Below, piece after piece: positions 27,822 to 37,228 of a stretch of DNA of 64,000 nucleotides. The DNA comes from Thermoplasmatales archaeon SW_10_69_26 (GTDB lineage: Archaea; Thermoplasmatota; SW-10-69-26). Numbering within the stretch: position 1 is the first letter of the stretch; every line of letters starts with the position of its first letter. The notes below the pieces were generated by a model that was not told the origin of the DNA, searched no databases, and worked only from the letters and a program-made list of their open reading frames with translations. A program made the translations under genes and the position numbers. The stretch is from the NCBI GenBank assembly GCA_003009755.1, contig PXUB01000038.1:1-64000 (forward strand), given 5' to 3'.

Positions 27822-28574
27822 TCAGGGATCGAAGCCGTCCTCGTCCTCGAGGCTCGGGTGCTTGTCGGGCGGCGCATCGCGCGGCTTGGCGAAGTACTCC
27901 TGCATCACCTGCACGCTCTCGTGCTCGCGCCGGTTGCGCTCCTCCTTGGGGATCTCCTCGCACCCCTTGGGGACCTCGCGGTCGCGCAGCGTGAAGTAGC
28001 CCTCCGGGGCCACCCAGTCGTGGTAGAACGCCGGGTCGACGTCCTCGACGAGCGTGATCGCCACCTTCGCGCCGTGGCCGGCGCTCACGATCGTCTGGTG
28101 GTACTCCTCGGCCAGCCGGCCGGCCGCGTACAACCCGTCGACCGCGGTCCGGCCGTCGTCGTCGATCGCGACGTAGGTCTTCGAGCCGCTGTCCCGCAGG
28201 TCGACGTCCAGATCCTCGAGGTAGGCGGGGCTGGACTTCGTCGCCGCGATCACGTTGCCGGCGGACACCGTGCCCTCGCTCGTCTCGATCCGGAACCCGT
28301 CGCCCTCGGCCTCGATCGCCTCGACCTTGGCGTCGCGACGATCGCCGCCGTTGCGGTCGACCTGGTCCGCCATCATATCGATCAGCAACCGCGGGTTCAC
28401 GCCGGCCGGGAACCCCGGGTAGTTCTCGAGGTGGGCGTTGCGCTTCACGATCGACGCCCCGTGGTTGATCACGAGCGTGTCCAGCTCGGCGCGCGCGGTG
28501 AAGATCGCGGCCGAGAGACCGGCCACGCCGCCGCCCACGATCACGACGTCTCGGTGCTGGCTGGCCTCGGGCAT
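27822..28574 (-). CDS. NAD(P)/FAD-dependent oxidoreductase (short thioredoxin-reductase-like)
   Basis: GGGVAGLSAA, ENYPGFP, T.VDGLYAAG; no CxxC. Confidence 0.85.
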   Translation of the reverse strand: MPEASQHRDVVIVGGGVAGLSAAIFTARAELDTLVINHGASIVKRNAHLENYPGFPAGVNPRLLIDMMADQVDRNGGDRRDAKVEAIEAEGDGFRIETSEGTVSAGNVIAATKSSPAYLEDLDVDLRDSGSKTYVAIDDDGRTAVDGLYAAGRLAEEYHQTIVSAGHGAKVAITLVEDVDPAFYHDWVAPEGYFTLRDREVPKGCEEIPKEERNRREHESVQVMQEYFAKPRDAPPDKHPSLEDEDGFDP

Positions 28575-28712
28575 GGTCGTGGCCAGGCAACGTGGCGGAC
28601 GTCAAGAAGCCACCGGCCCGGATCGGCCACCGATGCCACCCGGATCGGCGGGAGAAGGCCTCACCACCCGTTCCGCAACGCCTAAGCCACAGAAGGGTCC
28701 ATCTCCCCGGCG

Positions 28713-29642
28713 ATGACGGACCCCTGGCCCGACGTCTACCTCACCGGACCAGGCCGGTCGGGGACGACCTCCCTGTACCAGTACCTCACCCAGCACCCCG
28801 AGATCTACGCCGGCCCGACGAAGGAGCACCGGTACTTCGACGAGACCGTGCCCGCGGTGGAGGACGACCCCCAGGCGCTGGCCGAGGCCCGCGAGGACTA
28901 CCTCGACCGGTTCCGGGGAGCCGAGGGCCACGAGCTGGTCGTCGACGGCACGCCCAGCTACGTCTACTACCGGGACGCGCTGGAACGCATCCACGAGAGG
29001 CGCCCGGATGCGCGGTTCATCACCAGCTACCGCGACCCCGTGGAACGCACCTACAGCCTCTACTGGCTGATGGTCGCCTCCGGCAAGGAGGAGATGGACT
29101 TCCTCGACGCCATCGAGGAGGGCCTGGCCGACGACCGCGCCGGCCGCTACCACACCGATCGCGTCAAGTTCATCCGCAACAGCCGCCAGGGCACCCAACT
29201 GCAGCGCCTGTACGAGATCTTCGGCGAGGACCAGGTGCTCGTGCTGCTCTTCACCGACGTCGTCGAGGACACCAGCCAGGTGCTCGTCGACGTCGCCGAG
29301 TTCCTCGACATCGATCCCGAGGTCGCCGGCGAGCTCGACACCGAGACCCAGCACAACGCCACGCCGGGCGTCCCGCCCAACGAGCTCGCCCACATGATCC
29401 GATCCTCCGACACGCTCAAAACGATCGCGCAGACGCTGTTGCCCGAGAGCGTGCGCGACTTCCTCGGCAACCAGGTGCTGCTCGAGGAGCGCGAGAAGCC
29501 ACCGATGGATCCCCAGGCCCGACGCAAGCTCGCCGATGTGTTCGAACCCGAGGTCCGCCAGGTCGAGAAGCTGCTCGACCGCGAGCTGCCCGAGCTGCGG
29601 GCCTCCTGGCCCGAGGACGTCGGCCGACGAGCCGAGCCTTGA
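28713..29642 (+). CDS. Sulfotransferase 1
   Basis: GPGRSGTTSLY..L.QHP, KE..YF, DGTPSY, RDPVERTYS. Confidence 0.9.
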   Translation: MTDPWPDVYLTGPGRSGTTSLYQYLTQHPEIYAGPTKEHRYFDETVPAVEDDPQALAEAREDYLDRFRGAEGHELVVDGTPSYVYYRDALERIHERRPDARFITSYRDPVERTYSLYWLMVASGKEEMDFLDAIEEGLADDRAGRYHTDRVKFIRNSRQGTQLQRLYEIFGEDQVLVLLFTDVVEDTSQVLVDVAEFLDIDPEVAGELDTETQHNATPGVPPNELAHMIRSSDTLKTIAQTLLPESVRDFLGNQVLLEEREKPPMDPQARRKLADVFEPEVRQVEKLLDRELPELRASWPEDVGRRAEP

Positions 29643-29644
29643 CG

Positions 29645-30685
29645 ATGGGCGAGCTCCCGCCACGGCTGAACTGGGCGCGGACGATCGCCGTCGCTCGCAC
29701 CGGCCAGGCCGTCGACCGGCTCAGCGCGCTGCTTCACCGACCGCGCGTCGAGGATGCCATCGTGATCGCCAGCTCCCCCCGAGCCGGATCGACGCTGTTG
29801 ATGGACATCCTCGCGACGCTCGACGGGTACCGGACCGTGTTCGAACCCCTGCACCCGCACTGGTACGCGGGGGTCCGCAAGCTGGGGCTGGGTCCCCGGC
29901 CCTGCCTCGTCGACGGCGCCGCCCCCGAGGGCACCGAGGCCTACCTGCGCGAGGTCCTCACCGGCCGGGAGGCCGGCGCATACCGCCTGACCCGCTTCGC
30001 CGCCACGCTGCCCGGCCGTCTGCTCGAGGGCAACCTCGTCGTCAAGTGCGTGCGCCTGAACCGGCTGCTGCCCTGGTTCGAGTCCACCTTCGACACGCGC
30101 GGGACCGTGCTCCTGCTTCGCCACCCCTGCGCCACCGTCGAATCCCAGCTCCGCAGCAACGTCCACGGCTACCCCGACCACCGGGCCGGGTTCCCCCCGG
30201 CCGAGCAGGTCCAAGACCACGCCCTGCGAGCGCTGGACCTCGGCGCGCCCGAGGACCTCCGCGAGCGCATCCGCTCGGTCGACACCCCTGCCGGCCTGAT
30301 GGCGCTGTCCTGGGCGGTGGACACCCTGATCCCGCTGAGCCATCCCGGTCCCGAGCGCACGACGGTGTTCTACGAGGATCTCGTCACGGACGGACCCGCC
30401 CAGCTCGATCGCCTGTTCGGCGCCCTCGACACCGCCAGGCCCGCCCGAGCGCTGGACGTGCTCGGTGCCCCCAGCCTGACCGTGGACGAGGACGCCGGGG
30501 GCCAGGACTACCTCGAACGCTGGACCGAGGGCCTCGACGACGAGCAGACCGACCGCATCCTCGAGATCGCCGCCTGGTTCGGCCTCGAGGACCTCTACGA
30601 CGAAGCGCCCACCCCGCGCGTGGACCGCGCCGACGACGTCCAGCTGCCCGCCTGGGTGGACCGGCCGGCCCAGCCACAACGATAG
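29645..30685 (+). CDS. Sulfotransferase 2
   Basis: SSPRAGSTLL, FEP, LLRHPCATVES, YEDLV. Confidence 0.85.
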   Translation: MGELPPRLNWARTIAVARTGQAVDRLSALLHRPRVEDAIVIASSPRAGSTLLMDILATLDGYRTVFEPLHPHWYAGVRKLGLGPRPCLVDGAAPEGTEAYLREVLTGREAGAYRLTRFAATLPGRLLEGNLVVKCVRLNRLLPWFESTFDTRGTVLLLRHPCATVESQLRSNVHGYPDHRAGFPPAEQVQDHALRALDLGAPEDLRERIRSVDTPAGLMALSWAVDTLIPLSHPGPERTTVFYEDLVTDGPAQLDRLFGALDTARPARALDVLGAPSLTVDEDAGGQDYLERWTEGLDDEQTDRILEIAAWFGLEDLYDEAPTPRVDRADDVQLPAWVDRPAQPQR

Positions 30686-30717
30686 GGCTCTTGTGTTGAG
30701 CGGCGTTCACCCGCCCG

Positions 30718-32316
30718 GTGCTCGCCCGCAAGAGCGCACTGATCGTCCTCAACGCCGTCGTCGGCGGCGCGTTGGGGTTCGTCGCCCTCAAGGTCGTCGC
30801 CCTCTACATGGGAGCGGGGATCTACGGCCAGCTCGCGTACGCGACGAGCCTGGTCGGCCTGGTCATGTTCCTCGGCAACATGGGCTTCACCAAGGCCCAT
30901 GCCAAGCGCGTCAGCGAAGGCGAGGACGTCGGCGACTGCGTGGCGACGCTCACCGCCTGGAACGGCGCGATCGCGAGCATCTACATCCTGATCGTGCTCG
31001 GCGCGTTCGCCGCCAACGAGCTGTTCCTCGGCCAGGACCTGTTCTCCACGACGCAGACCACGATCCTGCTCGTCACGCTGGCCGAGGCCGCCTTCTTCAT
31101 GCGCAAGGTCGCCCGCAGCACGTTCGAGGCCCGCGTCGAGGCGGCGCTCAGCGAGTCGGTCGTCTTCTTCGAGCACATCGTCCGCACCCCGATCATGGCG
31201 GCCGGCGCCCTCCTGTACGCCTCCTCCCAGGGCCGGGAGGGCCCGATCTTCGGCTGGTTGCGCGCCAACGCGCCCGGGCTGACGGACATCGTCGCCGAGT
31301 ACGCGCCCGAGACGCTGGCGTTCGCCGTCACGGCGGCCGCGGTCGTCTCGATGACGGTCGGGTTCGTCCTCTTGCTGCAGCGCGTCAAGCCCGGCGACTT
31401 CAGCATGAAGATGGTCCGCAGCTACGCCGAGTTCGGGCTGCCCGTCTTCGGCGCCAGCTCGTTCAACAGCCTGCAGCAGTACCACGACAAGGCCGCGCTC
31501 GGGTTCTTCTGGTCGGATGCGGTCGCCGGCCGCTACTTCGGCTTCCAGCGCCTGTTCAGCTTCCTGGAGGCCGTGTACGCCGCCGTCCGGTCGATGCTGT
31601 TCCCGATGATCAGCGAACGCCACGCCGAGGGCGACCGCGAGGGCGTGCGCCGGTTGTCCCGCGAGTCCCTGCGGTACCTGTCGATGATCAGCGTCCCCGC
31701 CGCGTTCGGCGCGACCGCGCTCGCCGAACCCCTCATCCGGATCATGCTGTCCGAGGACTGGCTGCCCGCCGTCGAGGTCTTCATCGCGCTCGCCTTCGTC
31801 TACCCCCTGCGCGGCATCGTGCAGACCCTCACCCAGATCCAGTACGGCAGCGACGAGCCGAAGATGTCCGCCGGCATCTCGATGTTCGGCTCGACGATGA
31901 ACGTCGTCGTCGGCCTGCTGTTGATCCCCTCCAGCGTGCTCGGCTTCCAGCTCGGCGGCCTGGCCGGGCTCGGCGCGGCTGCTGGCACCCTCGTCGCGCT
32001 CGTGCTCGATGCCGGCGCGCGCGCCTACACGCTCCAGTTCCCGCTCGGCCGGCGCGTCTGGCTGAGCTGGCTGCGGCACTGGATCGCCGGCGGCCTGATG
32101 GCCTACGTCGTCTACCGAGCCAGCCTGGCCATCGGCGAGGTGCGATGGTTCATCCTGCCGGCCTTGATCGCGCTCGGCGGCGTCGTCTACTTCGCCCTGC
32201 TGTGGGTGTTCCGCGACTTCGGGAGGGACGACGCCATGGTGTTCTGGGCCGCCGTGCACCCCGGCGAGATGGCCTCCTACGTCAAGGACGAGGTCCTGCT
32301 CGACGACGAGGACTGA
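30718..32316 (+). CDS. Oligosaccharide flippase (Wzx/MOP family)
   Basis: 12-14 TM; DKAALGFF..AGRY, LFPMISE, G.AGAA.GT pattern. Confidence 0.85.
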   Translation: MLARKSALIVLNAVVGGALGFVALKVVALYMGAGIYGQLAYATSLVGLVMFLGNMGFTKAHAKRVSEGEDVGDCVATLTAWNGAIASIYILIVLGAFAANELFLGQDLFSTTQTTILLVTLAEAAFFMRKVARSTFEARVEAALSESVVFFEHIVRTPIMAAGALLYASSQGREGPIFGWLRANAPGLTDIVAEYAPETLAFAVTAAAVVSMTVGFVLLLQRVKPGDFSMKMVRSYAEFGLPVFGASSFNSLQQYHDKAALGFFWSDAVAGRYFGFQRLFSFLEAVYAAVRSMLFPMISERHAEGDREGVRRLSRESLRYLSMISVPAAFGATALAEPLIRIMLSEDWLPAVEVFIALAFVYPLRGIVQTLTQIQYGSDEPKMSAGISMFGSTMNVVVGLLLIPSSVLGFQLGGLAGLGAAAGTLVALVLDAGARAYTLQFPLGRRVWLSWLRHWIAGGLMAYVVYRASLAIGEVRWFILPALIALGGVVYFALLWVFRDFGRDDAMVFWAAVHPGEMASYVKDEVLLDDED

Positions 32317-32317
32317 C

Positions 32318-33157
32318 TCACGCCTGGAACCCGTAGTCGGCCAGGAACGGGTACCGGTCGAGGCGCTGCTCGATCTCCTCGACGACCTCCGCGTCCCACT
32401 CGACCTCCTCCCGGCGGCGGTTGGGCTCGTCGTACACGAGCTCGGCACACGGCTCCAACCACTCGCTGGGCGCCTCCACGCCGAGGAACGACGCCATGTT
32501 CGATAGCTCGCGGGCGGTGTGCTGGATCAGGTCCTCGTGGCGCACGTCCAGGTACTCCTCCTCGTCCATCTGCTCGCGCGCCCAGGCACACGTGTCGGCG
32601 AGCCGGAAGTACAGCCGGGTTGCCGAGGCCAGCGAGATGTCCCCCACGCGCGCCATCGTCGTGATGTTGTCGAACGGGTTGCGGGTGACGTGCAGGGCCC
32701 GGATCGGATCCTCCACGCGCTCGCGCAAGAGCTCGAGCTTGTCCTCGTCCTGGGCAAGCCAGTTGCTCGTGGCCGCACCCTCCTTGTCCCCGATCACCTC
32801 GAGATCGGTCCAGGTGCCCTGCCAGGCGCCCTCGACGTCGTAGGAGTAGCCGGTCCACTCGCGGCCGCGGTCGGCGAACCAGCGATCGCGGTCGAGGATG
32901 AGCGCGTAGATCTGTTCCCGGGCGAAGCCCGGCTTCAGGTACCGCAGGACGTTGAGCTCGTGGCTGATCACCGTGTTCGGGTGGGCGTTCAACAGCTGGC
33001 CGACGAGCGAGTGCCCGCTGCGAGGGTACCCGATGAAGAAGCAGAACGTCTCGATCCCGTCGAGCAGGGACCGCTTGCGGACCGCATCCCACCACGACGA
33101 GGCGTAGTCCGGCACGAGATCGTGCTTGCGACGGACGAGATCGATCAGACCGCCCAC
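32318..33157 (-). CDS. Sulfotransferase 3
   Basis: GYPRSGHSLVG.LLNAHP, GDK, RNPFDNITT, RHEDLI. Confidence 0.85.
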   Translation of the reverse strand: MGGLIDLVRRKHDLVPDYASSWWDAVRKRSLLDGIETFCFFIGYPRSGHSLVGQLLNAHPNTVISHELNVLRYLKPGFAREQIYALILDRDRWFADRGREWTGYSYDVEGAWQGTWTDLEVIGDKEGAATSNWLAQDEDKLELLRERVEDPIRALHVTRNPFDNITTMARVGDISLASATRLYFRLADTCAWAREQMDEEEYLDVRHEDLIQHTARELSNMASFLGVEAPSEWLEPCAELVYDEPNRRREEVEWDAEVVEEIEQRLDRYPFLADYGFQA

Positions 33158-33264
33158 GGCGTGGTCGAACCGATGGCATAGCTTAGGCGTTTCGCAAACG
33201 CGCCGGCGCCAAGCCCGGGTGAGAACTGAAAACCTAAACCGGCGGGCCCGCGTCCGTGCCAGCG

Positions 33265-34146
33265 ATGCCGGACCCGCCCGTCCCCCTCGACTTCATCGTG
33301 TTCGCGTCGCAGAAATCGGCATCGACGTGGTTCTGCCGCTGCCTCGACGAACACCCCGAGATCGCGATCGGGTACCCCTACGAGAAGCGGTTCCTGCGCG
33401 AACGGGAGGGGTGGGTCGAACGCGAGGAGAACCCGCAGTTCCTCGACGACTGGGAGGCCTACCGCGACCAGTTCCCGGACAAGGAGGACCACCAGCTGCG
33501 CGGCGACGGCGACGTCGAGCTGTACTACAACGAGTCCGGCCCCGACGTCGTCGAGAAGTTCTACCCCGACGTCAAGCTGATCGCGATCCTGCGCGACCCC
33601 GTGGCCCGGATCCGGTCCGAGTACGCCTACCGGGTGCGCGACCCCAAGGTCGAGGAAGGCACCCTCGAGGAGTACATCGACGAGAGCCTCACCATCGACC
33701 GATCCAGCTACGCCAAGCAGCTGGACCCCTGGTTCGACCGGTTCGGCGAGGACCAGATCCTCGGGCTCCCCTGGACCGAGCTCGGCGAGGAGGGCGAGGA
33801 CCTGCTCGAGGAGGCCTTCGCGTTCCTGGACGTCGATCCCAGCGTCGAACCGCCCTCGCTCACGGAGCGCGTCAACCCCCACCGGGAGAAACAGCCCTGG
33901 TTCCAGGCCTTGGAGTCGGTGGCCCGCGGCCTCCGCCGCCTCGGGCTGGGACCCTTGATGGATCTGGTGAACCGCGTCGGGGTCGGCCCAGCCGTGCGCG
34001 AGGTCGGCGACCCGCCGGCCGACAAGCCCGAGATGCCGCCCGAGATCGAGGCCGAGCTGCGCCGCGAGCTGGCCGACGACATCGACCAGCTCGAGACGAT
34101 GATCGGCAAGGACCTCAGCGCCTGGAAACCCGAGCCCGAGGCCTGA
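33265..34146 (+). CDS. Sulfotransferase 4
   Basis: DFIV..QKSASTW..L.EHPEI, KLIAILRDPVARIRSEY. Confidence 0.85.
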   Translation: MPDPPVPLDFIVFASQKSASTWFCRCLDEHPEIAIGYPYEKRFLREREGWVEREENPQFLDDWEAYRDQFPDKEDHQLRGDGDVELYYNESGPDVVEKFYPDVKLIAILRDPVARIRSEYAYRVRDPKVEEGTLEEYIDESLTIDRSSYAKQLDPWFDRFGEDQILGLPWTELGEEGEDLLEEAFAFLDVDPSVEPPSLTERVNPHREKQPWFQALESVARGLRRLGLGPLMDLVNRVGVGPAVREVGDPPADKPEMPPEIEAELRRELADDIDQLETMIGKDLSAWKPEPEA

Positions 34147-34155
34147 GCCGCAGGC

Positions 34156-35337
34156 CTACTCCTCGACGAGATCGAGGAACACGTCCTCGTAGCGCTCGGC
34201 GCTTGTGTCCCACGTGTACCCGGATTCCACCGTCTCCCGCAGCCGCTTGCGGTCGGGGTCCAGCTCGAGCCCCTCGCGGACGGCTTCCACGATGTCGTCG
34301 TCCACGACCGTGAACCCGAGCAGTTCCTCGGGTAGCCAGGGCCGACGGATCGCGGCCGGTGTCCCCTCCAACATCGCCTCCAACAGCACCATGCCGAAGG
34401 CCTCGGCCAACGAGGGCAGGCAGAACAGGTCGGCGGCCGCGTACAGCTGGTTGCGCTTGCGATCGGAAACCCACCCGTGCACGGTCACGCCCTCGCCCAG
34501 CGACCGCTCGTCGACGAGCGCCCGGAACCGGTCCAGGTCGGGCCCTTGCCCGGCGACGTGCACCTGGCAGTCCACCTGCTCGGCCACGTCGAGCAACGAC
34601 CCGATGCGCTTGCTTCGATCCATGCGGCCCAGGTAGAGGACGACGCGTTCCTCGGCCCCGATGCCGAGGCGCTCGCGGGCTTGGGCCTGCTCGACGGGCG
34701 GGAACTCCTCGGGGTCGACGCCGTTGGGGACGATCCTCAACCGCGGGTCGTCGTCGGGCACCGACGCCAGCATCGAGACGACCGTGTCACTGACTGGCAA
34801 GATCGCGTCCAGCTCGGCCAGCTGGCGGTTCTCCTTGCGGGTCCGACGCTGGATGTCCAACCACTGCAGCAACCGTCGGGGGTGGTAGCGGCCCTTCTCC
34901 TCGATGAGCTTCTCCCGCGAACCCCCCATGTAGTCGTGGTGGTAGGCGGTCCCGTGCACGGTCGCGGCGACCGGCGGGGCCTCCGGGTCGGCCAGGAACC
35001 CGGCCGCGTAGAAGCTCTGCACGTGGACGACGTCCGCGTCTAAGCCGTGCTCGCGCGCATGCTCGTGGGCGGCGGTATCGAAGAACCGCCACCAGTGGTA
35101 CGCCGGCAAGCCTCGGGCCCACCAGGGGACGTAGGCCATCTCGCGCACCTCGACCCCCTCGCGAGTGTAGACCTCGGCCTCGTGATCCATGGCGGTCGTG
35201 AGGATCGTGACCTCGTGGCCCCGCTCGTGCAGAGCCGTGGCTGTCTGCCAGGTCACCTCCTCCATCCCGCCGCGCACGTGCCAGGGGAGGGTGGGGGCGA
35301 CCGTCAGGATCGACAAGCTCCCCGGCGTGCGAGACAC
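34156..35337 (-). CDS. Glycosyltransferase family 4
   Basis: GGME, PNGVD, YLGRM..K, PS..EAFGMVLLEAM; GTG start inferred. Confidence 0.9.
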   Translation of the reverse strand: MSRTPGSLSILTVAPTLPWHVRGGMEEVTWQTATALHERGHEVTILTTAMDHEAEVYTREGVEVREMAYVPWWARGLPAYHWWRFFDTAAHEHAREHGLDADVVHVQSFYAAGFLADPEAPPVAATVHGTAYHHDYMGGSREKLIEEKGRYHPRRLLQWLDIQRRTRKENRQLAELDAILPVSDTVVSMLASVPDDDPRLRIVPNGVDPEEFPPVEQAQARERLGIGAEERVVLYLGRMDRSKRIGSLLDVAEQVDCQVHVAGQGPDLDRFRALVDERSLGEGVTVHGWVSDRKRNQLYAAADLFCLPSLAEAFGMVLLEAMLEGTPAAIRRPWLPEELLGFTVVDDDIVEAVREGLELDPDRKRLRETVESGYTWDTSAERYEDVFLDLVEE

Positions 35338-35358
35338 GAAGCCGTCAGCCGCTGTGCG

Positions 35359-35366
35359 TTTAAATA
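35359..35366. promoter_or_regulatory. TATA-like box between the divergent GT4 and GT2 genes
   Basis: TTTAAATA in a ~40-bp divergent intergenic gap. Confidence 0.5.
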
Positions 35367-35378
35367 GTTGCTTCGATT

Positions 35379-36356
35379 GTGACCGTCGTGGCACCGCCCG
35401 ACGTGTCGGTCGTCATCGTGGTGAAGGACGACCCTCGCGTGCTGGACTGCGTGGAGGCCGTGCTGGCCCAGTCGGCCCCGTTCAGCGCCGAGGTCGTCGT
35501 CGCCGTCGACGACGATCCCACCGACGACACGCCCGACCTGCTCGCCGACGCCTTCGGTGACGAGGATCGGGTGCGCGTGCTCGAGACCACCGGCAACGTC
35601 GCCGAGGCCTGGAACGCGGGCGCCCGCGCGGCGCGAGCCGACGTGATCGCCCGCATCGACTCCGACGCCGTCCCACTCGACGGGTGGCTGGCCGCGATCG
35701 CCCACCCCGTCCTCGACGGCGAGGTCGAGTGGTCGGCCGGCTCGGTGGAGGGCGTCCACACCGAGGGCCTGGTGGCCCGCTACTTCCACCACCGCACCGA
35801 AGCCTACTGCCGCCGCTTCGAGGACGAGCGCAACCTCCGCGACGAGGTGCCCTCCTGGAACGTCGCCTACGACCGAGCCACGCTCGAGGAGGCCGGCTGG
35901 TACGACCCCTGGCTGAGAGCCAGCGAGGACTGGGACCTCCACAAGCGCCTGGCCGACCTGGGCGCCCGCGGGATCTACGTCCCCGGGGCCCGGATCCGCC
36001 ACCACCATCCCGAGACGATGGGCACCTTCGCCCGCAAGGAAGCCTGGTACAAGACGGGCCAGTACCAGATGATGCTCAAGCACGGCCCCGCGACGGTCGC
36101 TGAAGCCCTCGTCCTCCCCGCCGCCTACGCAGGCGTGCTCGCCGTGCTCGCCGCCGGGGTTCTCGTCCCGGCGATGGCGGGCGCCGGGCTGGGGCTTTTG
36201 CTCCTCGTGGCCGCCTGGCACGCGGTCGGCGGCCTGCGCGAGGACGACCCCGCCTGGTACCTGCGTCCGCTGTTCCGCCCGATCGAGGCGCTGGCCGGCC
36301 TGTACGGGTTGGCGCGAGGGCTGCTCGTCTACGGCTTCACCCGGCCCTCGGGTTGA
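35379..36356 (+). CDS. Glycosyltransferase family 2 with C-terminal TM segments
   Basis: VSVVI, A.NAG, IDSD, EDWDL..RL. Confidence 0.88.
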   Translation: MTVVAPPDVSVVIVVKDDPRVLDCVEAVLAQSAPFSAEVVVAVDDDPTDDTPDLLADAFGDEDRVRVLETTGNVAEAWNAGARAARADVIARIDSDAVPLDGWLAAIAHPVLDGEVEWSAGSVEGVHTEGLVARYFHHRTEAYCRRFEDERNLRDEVPSWNVAYDRATLEEAGWYDPWLRASEDWDLHKRLADLGARGIYVPGARIRHHHPETMGTFARKEAWYKTGQYQMMLKHGPATVAEALVLPAAYAGVLAVLAAGVLVPAMAGAGLGLLLLVAAWHAVGGLREDDPAWYLRPLFRPIEALAGLYGLARGLLVYGFTRPSG

Positions 36357-36370
36357 CGCGGTCGGTGGGC

Positions 36371-37228
36371 CTACCTCTCGCGCGTGGAGACGAACTCCGC
36401 CAGGTCCAGCAACCGCTTTTTGCCCTCCGTCTCCGGGATCGGTGCCAACAGCTCGAAGGCGCGCTCGACGCGCTCCATCGCGATCTGGCGGGCCTCGTCG
36501 GCCCCGTCGCCGCCGAGGGCGCGGGCGAGGTTGGGCGCGCCGACGCGGGCATCGATCCCCATCGGCTTGCCCGTCTCGTCGTCGCCGGCCACGTCCAGCA
36601 CGTCGTCGACCGCCTGGAAGGCGACCCCGATCTGGACCCCGAAGCGACGGAACCGGTGCCGGATGTCCTCGTCGGCCTCGGCCAGCACGGCGCCGGTCGC
36701 GCAGGCTGTCCCCAGCAGGCTGGCCGTCTTCTCGCGGGCCACCTGTTCGGCCTCGTCGGGCTCCCAGTCGGGATCATCGTGCACCATCTCGCGGGCTTCC
36801 CCCACGATCATGTCCTGCACACCCTCCCGGGTGAGCTGGGCGACCTGCGGGCCCAGGTTCGAGCCCAGCCAGAACGCCTCGGTGAACAACGCGTCGCCGA
36901 GCAGCGTCGACAGCGGCTCGCCGATCAAAAGCGGCGCCGACAGCAGGCCCCGCCGGGTCTCGGCGTCGTCGAGGATGTCGTCGTGGACGAGGCTGGCGCA
37001 GTGGATGAGCTCGATCGAGGCGGCCGCGTCGACGACGTCCTGGCCGACGACCTCGCCGCCTGCGGCGTAGTAGGAGAGGAACAAAAGCCGCGGGCGCACG
37101 TACTTGCCGTCCGTCAGGAACTCGCTGAGCCACTCGTCGGGGATGCCAGGGATCTCGGGCCGGGTGTCGAGCAACCGCTCGCGGACGAGATCGGCTTCCC
37201 GTTCGCAGGGCAGCTCGATCCCCATCAC
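36371..37228 (-). CDS. Polyprenyl diphosphate synthase (probably medium/long chain)
   Basis: GK.VRP, ASLVHDDILD..RRG, KTA, FQAVDDVLD; small residues upstream of the first DDxxD. Confidence 0.9.
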   Translation of the reverse strand: MMGIELPCEREADLVRERLLDTRPEIPGIPDEWLSEFLTDGKYVRPRLLFLSYYAAGGEVVGQDVVDAAASIELIHCASLVHDDILDDAETRRGLLSAPLLIGEPLSTLLGDALFTEAFWLGSNLGPQVAQLTREGVQDMIVGEAREMVHDDPDWEPDEAEQVAREKTASLLGTACATGAVLAEADEDIRHRFRRFGVQIGVAFQAVDDVLDVAGDDETGKPMGIDARVGAPNLARALGGDGADEARQIAMERVERAFELLAPIPETEGKKRLLDLAEFVSTRER

